64,000 nucleotides of DNA from an uncultured Gammaproteobacteria bacterium (GCA_964628045.1 CAZVMF010000001.1:47049-111048), one strand, 5' to 3'; counted from the first letter of the stretch, positions 44,492 through 53,446 are shown. Numbers and translations are program-made. The notes: a model not told the origin generated them from the letters alone.

Positions 44492-45379
44492 ATGCAAAAT
44501 AATATAGAGAAGTATATACTGCTTGGAAAAAATGGATCTGAATTGATTCATTATCGTCCGGAATATGACAAGGCGTTAATAGAGCCGTTAATAGAAGTCA
44601 ATACCAGCGATATCACAACGGATTCATTTCCGCTTTTTGTCGGAAGGTCTCAGGGACGAAGCGGTGTTGATTTAAACGCCTGTCAAAGAGCGTATAAGAA
44701 GTGGGGAAGTTTTGGTCCTGAAGGTGACATGATACAAGTAGTTGGTTTTCCGGTTAGAGAAATGACTTATTACTATATTACATCAATTGGTAATTTAGCA
44801 TTTCATAAACCGGCGCTAACTGTCGATCTGGCTTTATTTCTTATCGATGGTAAGGGGAAACGATTCTTAACTATTATTATCAGGAAGTATCCTCCATGCG
44901 AAGGGCAACAGGCTTTACCCGGCGGCTTCAGGGAAGTTAAAGGGTTTCATTTTGAAACGGCCATAGAAACCATAATTCACGAAACAAAAAGTGAAATTGG
45001 ATTAACCCTTATCCCTCAGTATGAAGATCCTTCTTTGCTGCCGAATGCTCAGCGCTTTGATATGATAGTTAAATTTCCGGATGATGTACTTGATCCTGCT
45101 TCCGTTAAATTTCTTCATTTGGGAAATTTTCAAACTTCCACTGAAGAAAAACTAAGGAGAGGCAGACAAGCAAAGCGGGTGCACGAAACCAGTGCATACG
45201 CAGCGATATTAGAAGTTCCTTTAATCGGAAAAAGAAAATTGCAAAAGCTATTTAAAGCCGGTGATGATGCACATAGAGTCTCGTTAGTTGAAGTTGATTC
45301 TAATGATTCAGTTACTCTTGCATTTGGTCACCATAATAAAATTTTGCAGCAGGCTTTTTTAAAGCTTAAAAATTTATGA
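44492..45379 (+). CDS. Nudix-fold protein with degenerate Nudix box and ~100-aa N-terminal extension (NrtR-like Nudix domain without DNA-binding domain)
   Basis: 295 aa. The box reads GGFREVKGFHFETAIETIIHETKSEIGL, with REUxEE replaced by HETKSE. The C-terminal LAFGHHNKILQQAFLKL parallels NrtR LAYDHKKIISVALERL. Confidence 0.6.
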   Translation: MQNNIEKYILLGKNGSELIHYRPEYDKALIEPLIEVNTSDITTDSFPLFVGRSQGRSGVDLNACQRAYKKWGSFGPEGDMIQVVGFPVREMTYYYITSIGNLAFHKPALTVDLALFLIDGKGKRFLTIIIRKYPPCEGQQALPGGFREVKGFHFETAIETIIHETKSEIGLTLIPQYEDPSLLPNAQRFDMIVKFPDDVLDPASVKFLHLGNFQTSTEEKLRRGRQAKRVHETSAYAAILEVPLIGKRKLQKLFKAGDDAHRVSLVEVDSNDSVTLAFGHHNKILQQAFLKLKNL

Positions 45380-45383
45380 ATTC

Positions 45384-45403
45384 GGGCGAGAATTATCTCG
45401 CCC
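45384..45403 (+). terminator. Hairpin terminator
   Basis: GGGCGAG-aattat-CTCGCCC followed by CCTTTAT (weak T-tail). Confidence 0.45.
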
Positions 45404-45487
45404 CCTTTATAGAGTTACTTAAGACTTAGGTGACTCTTCAAGGAATGAACATTGAAAATAAAATTATAAAGTGGAGAATAAATAATA

Positions 45488-47932
45488 ATGAAAAATACAT
45501 TAGAAGGTTTGGCTTTGGCATTGTGTCAGATGTTGGTTGTCCCCGGACAACCTCGCCGCAATGCCGATTACATCATTAATGAAATCCTTGAAGCGGAACG
45601 TCGCCGAATCGATATCATTATCTTTCCGGAAATGTGCGTGAGCGGATATCTGATCGGTGATCTGTATGAAGATGAGGACTTCTGCAATGATGTTCTACAT
45701 CAGAATCAAAGGATTGTTGAAGCTACAAAGATGCTGGATATCACGGTGATTTTCGGCAGCTTGTCGACCGACGCCGTATTAGGTGAAGACGGCAGGATGA
45801 TATTGTTCAATACGGCTTTCACCGTTCACAACGGAGAGGTGATTGCCCGTCGCATTAAATTTCTTCAACCTAATTATCGGATATTCGATGATGACCGTCA
45901 TCTCTATTCCGGACGTAAATTGGCACAGACAAAGCAGAAATCGATCACCGAACATAATGGAAATGGTTTTGCTCACAGTTTCGAACCAGTTCTGGTGCAT
46001 ACGAGAGTAGGAGGATTGCGCATCGGCACTATGATCTGTGAAGACATGTGGCATGAAGATTATCCTTTTAATCCGGCCCAGGAACTGGTTAATAACGGCG
46101 CTGAACTCCTTGTTAATATCTCGGCATCGCCGTGGACTTGGCAAAAAAATGCCAAGCGTCACCGTGTTGTTAAAGATATCATCAAGGTCAGCAAGGTTCC
46201 CCTTATCTATGTGAATCACACAGGCATTCAGAACAACGGCAAGAATATTATTATTTTTGACGGAAGTTCGACGGCCTATAACAGGCAGGGTCAGATTGCT
46301 CAGTCGATTGCGCCCTATTTCGAAGGAACAAAAGATATTATATGGAATGAAGCGTATACGCAGATAGGTTTTGAACAACGTAATGATACAAAGGAACTGT
46401 ACAATGCCCTGATTTATGCGATCCGGAAATTCTGGTCCTTTCTGCCGAAAGACAAGAAAAATGTTTTTATCGGTTTGAGCGGGGGAATTGATTCTGCGTT
46501 AAGCATTGCTTTATTCTCTCAAGCAATCGGGGCTGAATATATCACCGCAATCAACATGCCTTCACGATATAATTCAGATGAGACAAAATCTCTCGCTGAA
46601 GAAATTTCGCGAAACCTTGGCGTGGCTTATGAAGTTATATCTATTGAAGATATAGTCAGCGCGATCGCTAAGACTTGCGCTGTCAGCGAAGAAAGCTTTG
46701 CGTATCAGAACATTCAAGCTCGTGCTCGCATGGAAATATTAGCGGCTCGAGCTCAGGAAAAAGGCGGCGTTTTCGTTGCTAACGGCAACAAGGTTGAAAT
46801 GGCCTTCGGCTATGCGACCCTGTACGGAGACATGGCCGGATTCTTTGCTCCTTTGGGTGATCTGGTTAAAAGGGAGATATATCAGCTAGCTGTATATATC
46901 AACGAAGAGGTGTATCACTACAAGGTCATCCCGAATGCATGTCTCATGCTCAAGCCGACGGCTGAACTTAAATATGATCAAACTGATCCATTTGATTATG
47001 GTGATTACAAAGGCAACAAAGGATATCATGATGAAATGGTCAGGGCCTTTACTGAGTTCCGAAAGAATCCTGAATGGTTTCTCAGGAATATGCTGCATGG
47101 GACGCTTGAACAGTCTTTGCACATTGATGAGAATCGTCTGGTCAACTTGTTCGGAACCGCGGAAGCTATGATTGAAGACTTGGAAGCAAAGTGGAATATG
47201 TTTTATGCCTCATATGTAAAGCGGATTCAGGCTGTGCCCATTCCGATTGTCAGTAAGCGCAGTTTTGGTTTTGACTTGCGGGAATCAATGCTTGAAGCTT
47301 ATTTCAGTGATGAATACCTCAAGCTCAAAGAACGGCTATTGGGGAAAGCGTCGCGACATCAACACGGAAAAATAGCCGTCTTCGGAGGAAGTTTTAATCC
47401 GCCGACAGCTGATCACAGGGCAATTGCCGAGAAACTCCTTTCTCGCTTTGACCGGGTGTTGATAGTTCCGTGCGGTTCTCGTAATGACAAGGATACCCTG
47501 GTGATTGATGCGGCACATCGTAAAGCCATGATACAAGCTTGTTTTTCAGAACTTGATAAAGTCGAAATAGACTTTTTCGATCTTGAAAACACTGCGTATA
47601 TGGCAACCCATATTCTTGATAAACGTTATTCGTTGCAATACCCTAATGATGAAATATGGCATGTCTTCGGTACTGATATTGTTTCGGATATCAAGAAACA
47701 TTGGCAGAAAGGACCGCAAACATGGAACAGTCTCAACTTCATTTTTGTTCCGCGTACCGGTTTCTCTCTCGATATGTTTGATATGCCGCCGCATTATAAG
47801 TTGCTGGAGATATCCGGATTGATGCACTCAAGCACCATGGTCCGTGAAAATCTTCGCAAGTATAAAAAAAGCAGTGGCTTGACCGATGAAGTCAGAGCCT
47901 ACATTGAATCGTATCAGATATATTTTGGATAG
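45488..47932 (+). CDS. nadE: Fusion protein: glutamine-dependent NAD+ synthetase (CN-hydrolase + NAD synthetase domains) + NadD-type nicotinate/nicotinamide mononucleotide adenylyltransferase
   Basis: 814 aa. N-terminal nitrilase-like glutaminase (IIFPEMCVSGY...MICEDMWH), PP-loop GLSGGIDSA, then C-terminal KIAVFGGSFNPPTADH...HSSTMVRENL (NadD GxFxPxHxxH and SxTxxR motifs). Confidence 0.8.
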   Translation: MKNTLEGLALALCQMLVVPGQPRRNADYIINEILEAERRRIDIIIFPEMCVSGYLIGDLYEDEDFCNDVLHQNQRIVEATKMLDITVIFGSLSTDAVLGEDGRMILFNTAFTVHNGEVIARRIKFLQPNYRIFDDDRHLYSGRKLAQTKQKSITEHNGNGFAHSFEPVLVHTRVGGLRIGTMICEDMWHEDYPFNPAQELVNNGAELLVNISASPWTWQKNAKRHRVVKDIIKVSKVPLIYVNHTGIQNNGKNIIIFDGSSTAYNRQGQIAQSIAPYFEGTKDIIWNEAYTQIGFEQRNDTKELYNALIYAIRKFWSFLPKDKKNVFIGLSGGIDSALSIALFSQAIGAEYITAINMPSRYNSDETKSLAEEISRNLGVAYEVISIEDIVSAIAKTCAVSEESFAYQNIQARARMEILAARAQEKGGVFVANGNKVEMAFGYATLYGDMAGFFAPLGDLVKREIYQLAVYINEEVYHYKVIPNACLMLKPTAELKYDQTDPFDYGDYKGNKGYHDEMVRAFTEFRKNPEWFLRNMLHGTLEQSLHIDENRLVNLFGTAEAMIEDLEAKWNMFYASYVKRIQAVPIPIVSKRSFGFDLRESMLEAYFSDEYLKLKERLLGKASRHQHGKIAVFGGSFNPPTADHRAIAEKLLSRFDRVLIVPCGSRNDKDTLVIDAAHRKAMIQACFSELDKVEIDFFDLENTAYMATHILDKRYSLQYPNDEIWHVFGTDIVSDIKKHWQKGPQTWNSLNFIFVPRTGFSLDMFDMPPHYKLLEISGLMHSSTMVRENLRKYKKSSGLTDEVRAYIESYQIYFG

Positions 47933-47942
47933 CTCTTTAGAC

Positions 47943-47975
47943 AGCCTTTATGCTCCTTAGCGTAAAGGCTTTTTT
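47943..47975 (+). terminator. Rho-independent terminator
   Basis: AGCCTTTA-12 nt-TAAAGGCT followed by TTTTT. Confidence 0.65.
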
Positions 47976-48048
47976 ATTAATTGACAGCTAATAATATTAA
48001 TGGTTAAATCAGATAAAGAACTTTTATAAATTAATACGTGAGGGGACA

Positions 48049-48918
48049 ATGAATCATCCAATATCACTACATCCGTTAACTCAAACAACGCTTTTAGGCG
48101 CCGTGATTGGCGATATGGCAGGTTCGTTTTATGAACATCCGCCATCAAACAGAGTCACAAAAACTGATTTTAAAATTTATGCTCCCGGATCAACATTTAC
48201 CGATGACACAGTAATGACCATGGCAATTGCTCAATATTTAATTGATGTAAAACTTGGACAGAATAAACCGGTTGAATTTTATTTAAAGAATTTTTTTGCA
48301 AAGTATCCGAGCCGTAATTACGGAAAAGGTTTTGTTGCCTGGTGTAAAGGCAGTGAAGACAACCAAAGCTATGGTAATGGCGCAGCGATGAGAATCAGTG
48401 CAGTTGCATATTGTGCCAGTGACGAAAGATCTCTTTTGGATTTGGCGAGGAAGGTTACTATACCGAGTCACGCTCATCCGCTTGCAATTGTCTGTGCACA
48501 AGCAGTTGCTTTGGCAATTTTTATGAGCTTAAGGCAAGACAGTAAAGCGGAAATTGCCATTGCAGTGAGTCAGCTCTTGGCCGGTACAGGTATTTTTCCG
48601 GCGACAATTAAGGCTCCTGAAGCATATGATCAGTATTATAAAAACGAAGAACCAATATCAAAATCATTTCCAAGCGTCCTGCAAGCGATCGGCTGTTTTA
48701 TATTTACCGATTCGGCCGAAGCCGCAATTCGTAAAGCAGTTGCATGCGGTAAGGATGCCGATACCCAGGCTGCGATTGTAGGTTCAATAGCGTTTGCGTT
48801 TTATAAACAAATTCCTCGGTATATGTTTTCGTATGCACCGGGCTTGCCTGAAGAGTTTATCGATATAATTGAAACATTTTCAGAGCTATATGAAGTTCCA
48901 AAAATCGAACTTCTTTAA
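48049..48918 (+). CDS. ADP-ribosylglycohydrolase (ARH/DraG family)
   Basis: 289 aa. LLGAVIGDMAGSFYE, FTDDTVMT, GNGAAMRISAVA, GKDADTQAAIVGSIAFAFY. Confidence 0.85.
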   Translation: MNHPISLHPLTQTTLLGAVIGDMAGSFYEHPPSNRVTKTDFKIYAPGSTFTDDTVMTMAIAQYLIDVKLGQNKPVEFYLKNFFAKYPSRNYGKGFVAWCKGSEDNQSYGNGAAMRISAVAYCASDERSLLDLARKVTIPSHAHPLAIVCAQAVALAIFMSLRQDSKAEIAIAVSQLLAGTGIFPATIKAPEAYDQYYKNEEPISKSFPSVLQAIGCFIFTDSAEAAIRKAVACGKDADTQAAIVGSIAFAFYKQIPRYMFSYAPGLPEEFIDIIETFSELYEVPKIELL

Positions 48919-48936
48919 ATTGTCCATTTTTTTAAA

Positions 48937-48964
48937 AGCCGCCTTGATTATCAGGCGGCTTTTT
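48937..48964 (+). terminator. Rho-independent terminator
   Basis: AGCCGCC-10 nt-GGCGGCT followed by TTTT. A TTGACA promoter box follows at 48969. Confidence 0.75.
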
Positions 48965-49053
48965 ATTATTGACACGAGCGAATTGTTATGGTAATTTCAG
49001 ATATCACAGAAAACAGAAAGTAACTTAAAAAATTAAATTATAAAGGTGGAAAA

Positions 49054-49419
49054 ATGAAAGTAAATGCTTGGGGGATTATTGTCAAAAATGGCTTGTTGGC
49101 CGTTAGACTTTTTAATGGAAAACTTGCTTTGCCTGGTTTATCCGTTGTAAGCAGAGAGAGTTCCAAAAATGAATTACACGATTTCATATTCAAAGAAATG
49201 AACGTGAAAATTAAGATAGAAGATGAGGGGTGGGAATTTGATGCTCCGGAAACAAAAGATATTTTTTATGTTTGCTCAATTCTTTCAGGAGTATTTGATT
49301 TAAAAAATGTATCATGGTTTAACGTTAAAATGTTCAAAGATGCGGCCCTGGCACAAGTAGAGGACGATCCGGTTATAACCTATATTATTAATGCAATGAA
49401 AAGTTTGGAAAGGAGTTAG
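49054..49419 (+). CDS. Small Nudix-fold-like protein with degenerate box
   Basis: 121 aa. WGIIVKNGLLAVRLFNGKLALPG...ELHDFIFKEMNV follows Nudix topology but lacks the RExxEE residues. Weak call. Confidence 0.35.
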   Translation: MKVNAWGIIVKNGLLAVRLFNGKLALPGLSVVSRESSKNELHDFIFKEMNVKIKIEDEGWEFDAPETKDIFYVCSILSGVFDLKNVSWFNVKMFKDAALAQVEDDPVITYIINAMKSLERS

Positions 49420-49422
49420 CGC

Positions 49423-50205
49423 ATGAAATGGCCATTGTCATTAATGCTTATCCGTCACGCTGAATCAGCTTACAATATTTTGAGAAAGAAGAAATCCGAA
49501 AATAAAATCTTTAAAAGATTTTTAATGGAGTATGAATTGAATCCTTGTTCTGATGCTACGGTAGAATTAGCTAAGTTGGTAAGGGAAGAATTTATAGAAG
49601 AACCGGCAATGAATGTTGGTGATGCAAATACGCCATTGATTCATGTAGAATGTGAAAAAACTAGAGCTGTCGGGGCAGCATTGCGCAAGGAGTATCCGTT
49701 ACCCGATGTAATTTTTGTTTCGCCATACAAACGTACCTGGGATACGTTAAAGAATCTAATAGTTGCTTGGCCTGAATTAAAAAAAGTTAAAATTGTTGAA
49801 GAAGATTTAATTCGTGAACAGGAACATGGTGAAGTAATTATGTACCCGGATTGGAAAGTATATTTATCTTTGCATCCTGAGCAGAAAAAGCTCTATGATC
49901 GTGAAGGTCAATATTATTATCGTTACCCACAGGGTGAAAGCGTTCCTGATGTTCGTTTACGAAACAGAATGTTTATTTCAACTTTGACTCGTGATTATGC
50001 TGGAAAAAAAGTTATGGTAGTAACGCACCATTTAACTATTCTGGCAATGCGAGCGAATCTTGAACGTTTAAGTGCAAAACAGTTTTTGGAACTTGATGAA
50101 AAACAGAAGCCGATTAATGGGGGAGTTACTCTATATGAGGGCAACCCAAATCAGGGGAGCGATGGAAGGTTAAAGTTAACTTTCTATAACAAGAAGTATT
50201 ATTAA
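49423..50205 (+). CDS. Histidine phosphatase family protein
   Basis: 260 aa. LIRHAESAYN (RHxxS), FVSPYKRTWDT, VVTHHLTI. Confidence 0.75.
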   Translation: MKWPLSLMLIRHAESAYNILRKKKSENKIFKRFLMEYELNPCSDATVELAKLVREEFIEEPAMNVGDANTPLIHVECEKTRAVGAALRKEYPLPDVIFVSPYKRTWDTLKNLIVAWPELKKVKIVEEDLIREQEHGEVIMYPDWKVYLSLHPEQKKLYDREGQYYYRYPQGESVPDVRLRNRMFISTLTRDYAGKKVMVVTHHLTILAMRANLERLSAKQFLELDEKQKPINGGVTLYEGNPNQGSDGRLKLTFYNKKYY

Positions 50206-50220
50206 ACCGTTCTTTGTATT

Positions 50221-50254
50221 AAAAAAGGGATTCTAATTTTAGAATCCCTTTTTA
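50221..50254. terminator. Bidirectional rho-independent terminator
   Basis: AAAAAA-GGGATTCT-aatttt-AGAATCCC-TTTTT between convergent genes. Confidence 0.8.
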
Positions 50255-50274
50255 ATTTTTAAAATGTGCAGAAA

Positions 50275-51003
50275 TTATTTTCCTTTTGCTTCGATCCAGG
50301 CATCAAGAAGCGCTTCGCGCATTTCCTTTGATACCTTAATAGCAAAACCGCGGAAGTTAGCACCCTTTTTTGGATTAGTTGGATCATTAAGCACAACGTC
50401 CGTGGGTATCGGTTTAGTTGTGTCTAGTGACATGTGCGGTAAATAATCCTGTGGTGAAACCCTGATACACCAAAGAATTGGTGTAGTAGGATGATACATG
50501 GTTCGTTCGCCGCGCCAAATGTACATCCATTTATCAAAGATCTTTACTTTAATCGGCTCACCGATTCTAACATCTTCTTTTTGGGTTTTTTTATCTTTCA
50601 TCCAATTGTTATCGCCATTCATAAAGTAAGGTACCTGATCGTTCCTGTACTGATCCGGTGTTACCCTGGAATGGTATTCATCAAAGTAATCTGAAAGAGC
50701 AACGAAGAAACCCCGGGTAGTGAAGAAATATGGCGGAAGATCAAAAGTAGTTTCTGTACTTTTTTCATCAGCCGTTTCATCTTCATCTTTAAAAGTTTCT
50801 GTTGGCTTTGTTGTGTCGGGAATTTTATAGTGACCGACCGCATCATCAACAACTGTTTTATTTTCCGGGAGCTGAATAGATGAGCTGTCGGTTTTTTTAG
50901 TTGCTACCACTTCGTTCGTTTCAGTTTGTGAATAAACCGATTGAACCTTTAAAGCAAAAAGTAAAGCTAAAAAGAAAAGCATTATTAATGCAGTTTTTTT
51001 CAT
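50275..51003 (-). CDS. Hypothetical secreted protein
   Basis: 242 aa with signal peptide MKKTALIMLFFLALLFALKVQSVYSQ. Confidence 0.5.
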   Translation of the reverse strand: MKKTALIMLFFLALLFALKVQSVYSQTETNEVVATKKTDSSSIQLPENKTVVDDAVGHYKIPDTTKPTETFKDEDETADEKSTETTFDLPPYFFTTRGFFVALSDYFDEYHSRVTPDQYRNDQVPYFMNGDNNWMKDKKTQKEDVRIGEPIKVKIFDKWMYIWRGERTMYHPTTPILWCIRVSPQDYLPHMSLDTTKPIPTDVVLNDPTNPKKGANFRGFAIKVSKEMREALLDAWIEAKGK

Positions 51004-51123
51004 TCTGTTATCCTCCCGAATGATGTTTATGTATGATTTATAATCATGTATGTTAAAGACCGTGATATATTAATCTAATGCAAAACTGGCATTTTGTCAA
51101 TGCCTGTCGGAGATGGCCTATCT

Positions 51124-52002
51124 TTACTTTTTATTAAGCTTTTTTGAGAGTTCGGTAATACTATCCCGAATATCGGCGATGGCTCGAACCTCTGTTTTAA
51201 CTTCAGTTTCCGTCTTTTCCGAAAGCTTTTTTTCGCCCCGTAGACCACTTATAATGATTTCGTTTCCTATAAAGTTTGAATCAAAGAGACCGGTAATAAG
51301 TAAGATTGTACCGCCAACAATAAGCGACAGTGGGCCATCCCACCAAATCTCAGAAGCAAGATCAATTGAAGAGAGCGGAATGGTATTAACGCGTAATACA
51401 AGCATTAAGTAATCAGCCGTGTGCCAAACGCCACGCCAAAACAAAACCACTCCGATTCCACCGACAATGCCGTATAGAATAGGGAAGTGACTGAACCAGC
51501 CCCGAACATGGTCTTCTAGTGTATCAAATATCCCTTTGCCGTTAATTTCTTTTGTTGCTATTAGAGAGATAGCAAAAACTAAAATAAAGAACAATAGTCC
51601 GTAAGCACAAGTTGGAAAGAGTAGTGCATAATTTGCTGAGCTTGTTTGTATAAATTGTTGCAACTCTTGGATAACAAAACGGCCGGCAAATAATACTCCT
51701 AAAAAAGAAAAAAGAGTAATAAGATTTCGACTTCGTTTTTCAGAAACAATATCGGTATTTCCTAGAACGCTTAGAATGAATATAATAAAAAACAAGCCAA
51801 AGCCAAACCAACAAGCGGGGTAGCCGAAAAAATATGGACAGCTCTCATTAAAGGCGCAGGTGTTTGTAAATAATTTTTTGGCGCTTAAATATCCGGAAAA
51901 AAGTGAACCCGCCAAACTGAGCCACAGCACAGAACGCAAATATAGAGTTTTCATATAGATGTTATACATCTTCATTATAGTCTTTCTGCAATTCAAAAAC
52001 AA
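51124..52002 (-). CDS. Hypothetical polytopic membrane protein (N-terminal VKOR-like segment?)
   Basis: 292 aa. LSLAGSLFSGYLS...CAFNESCPYFFGYPACWFG resembles the first loop of VKOR-family proteins, but no CXXC was seen. Start uncertain. Confidence 0.35.
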   Translation of the reverse strand: MFLNCRKTIMKMYNIYMKTLYLRSVLWLSLAGSLFSGYLSAKKLFTNTCAFNESCPYFFGYPACWFGFGLFFIIFILSVLGNTDIVSEKRSRNLITLFSFLGVLFAGRFVIQELQQFIQTSSANYALLFPTCAYGLLFFILVFAISLIATKEINGKGIFDTLEDHVRGWFSHFPILYGIVGGIGVVLFWRGVWHTADYLMLVLRVNTIPLSSIDLASEIWWDGPLSLIVGGTILLITGLFDSNFIGNEIIISGLRGEKKLSEKTETEVKTEVRAIADIRDSITELSKKLNKK

Positions 52003-52042
52003 TCCTTTGTATTAAAGGATTGTCTTAAGAGGAAAATTTATT

Positions 52043-52882
52043 TTAATTTCTTTGTCTTGAGCGGACTTCAATACCTTCGGATTTTTTATGCTCTTCTTTA
52101 AGGTCGACTTCGGTTTCTGTTGAATCAATTCTATCAAGTTCAATAACGGGGGCTCCAACGGAGTCGTCTTTATTTTTATTAATTTCTTCGGTTTGTGCTT
52201 TATCAGTTGAATCGTTGTCGTCAACGTGTATAGTGGAATTATTTTTAGTTCTAAACTTAAATTTAAATTTTGATTCAACAGCTCGATTTTTTAGGTGTTC
52301 AATAGCGGTATCGACGGCCTGCGCGGCACGATCATCGCCATTTGTTGATAAATCCTCGCGGATAGTTTCAAGTCTTGATAAGGTGTTTTCAAGACGGGCT
52401 TGTGCTTCGTTTTCGGCCAATTGACGGCGCGCTTCGAAGTCCGCTTTGATTTCAGAGCGTGTTTCGGTTTCAATTTTATTTTGTAAAACACTAAGTTCAT
52501 CAATACGAGTGGCAGTGTGTTTGGCTTCTAACTCTGCTTTTGATTCTTGTGAAATAGCTAGCTTGGTTTCAAATTTTTCAGCAACCAATTTTAAAGGATG
52601 GAGAAAATCTCCGGGCAATGAGTTTTCAGTGGCCAAAGCAGCGCCGCCCGAAATAAGAACGCATACTACGATAGCTAAGGTTATTGGTAATGGTTTGGCA
52701 AATAAAAACACCCAACTTTGATGAGAGGGTATTGCGACCTGTTGCTCTGCGTGTGCAATACGTTCAAAAAGTTCGGATTTTAAGGCAGATTGTCGCAAGG
52801 GGTGCAAGGTATGCTCCGCCTCTAGAATTTTTAGCGCTTTGCGCATTGTGTTATTCTTGTTATTCATCTGTTTGGGGTTCAA
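52043..52882 (-). CDS. Putative anti-sigma factor (single TM, extracytoplasmic coiled coil)
   Basis: 279 aa. It overlaps the 3' end of the ECF sigma gene. A short cytoplasmic N-terminal part, a TM helix (LPITLAIVVCVLISGGAALA), then a helical E/K-rich region. Alternative start at 52867. Confidence 0.5.
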   Translation of the reverse strand: MNPKQMNNKNNTMRKALKILEAEHTLHPLRQSALKSELFERIAHAEQQVAIPSHQSWVFLFAKPLPITLAIVVCVLISGGAALATENSLPGDFLHPLKLVAEKFETKLAISQESKAELEAKHTATRIDELSVLQNKIETETRSEIKADFEARRQLAENEAQARLENTLSRLETIREDLSTNGDDRAAQAVDTAIEHLKNRAVESKFKFKFRTKNNSTIHVDDNDSTDKAQTEEINKNKDDSVGAPVIELDRIDSTETEVDLKEEHKKSEGIEVRSRQRN

Positions 52883-53414
52883 ACAATAAATTTAGTTTTT
52901 TTATAGCTCTATGCTGCATAACGCGAACAGCAATTGCTGTTTTACGCATTATGTTTGCTGTCTCCTCGACTGTGTACTCTTGCAAGAATCGTAAATCTAA
53001 AACTTGGCGATAGTCACTTGGTAAATCATTAAGACAGGCACGAAGTTTTTCTTGTTCAAGTTTTGAGGCGGTATTATCTAACGGATCATCATTGTCAGCT
53101 AAGTTATAATAATTTTCAATATCATCCGGCGTCGGTCTTCGTTTGAGCGTACGATAATGATCATTCACAAGATTGCGAGCAATGGTGTAAAGCCAAGCGC
53201 TAAAATAGAGTTTTTCGAGCTTGAGTTTTGGTAGTGCCTGCCAGGCCTTTAAAAAGGTTTCTTGGAGAATATCCTCGGCCTGCTCACGAGTGGCAATTTT
53301 AAAACTGATAAAACGATAAATGCGCTGAGCATACATATCATACAACTCGCCAAAGGCGGATTGTTCATGTTTCTGGGCTCTGGCAATGAGATCTTGTAGC
53401 TCGGGTGAATCCAT
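52860..53414 (-). CDS. ECF-type RNA polymerase sigma factor (sigma-70 family, group 4)
   Basis: 184 aa. Region 2 FGELYDMYAQRIYRFI...AEDILQETFLKAW and region 4 LPSDYRQVLDLRFLQEYTVEETANIM. Confidence 0.85.
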   Translation of the reverse strand: MDSPELQDLIARAQKHEQSAFGELYDMYAQRIYRFISFKIATREQAEDILQETFLKAWQALPKLKLEKLYFSAWLYTIARNLVNDHYRTLKRRPTPDDIENYYNLADNDDPLDNTASKLEQEKLRACLNDLPSDYRQVLDLRFLQEYTVEETANIMRKTAIAVRVMQHRAIKKLNLLFEPQTDE

Positions 53415-53446
53415 AGGGGCTACGTATTATATAACGAAAGAAAGTA

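Noticed and set aside
45779-46378. 199-aa antisense ORF inside nadE, and many other 60-135-aa ORFs in the track that lie antisense to or out of frame with long genes (e.g. 8623-9030, 3437-3814, 18237-18638, 36613-36987, 38145-38549, 52012-52278, 63542-63751).
   Set aside because: They are fully embedded in strongly supported genes on the other strand or frame. They have low-complexity or odd composition, no RBS and no recognisable motifs. They are shadow ORFs.
50221-50254. The terminator hairpin GGGATTCT/AGAATCCC shares the AGAATCCC/GGGATTCT letters with the REP core, so it might be another REP copy.
   Set aside because: The arm order is inverted relative to the REPs. The outer CGGCAG/CTGCCG arms are absent. 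The flanking A- and T-runs make it a conventional bidirectional terminator.
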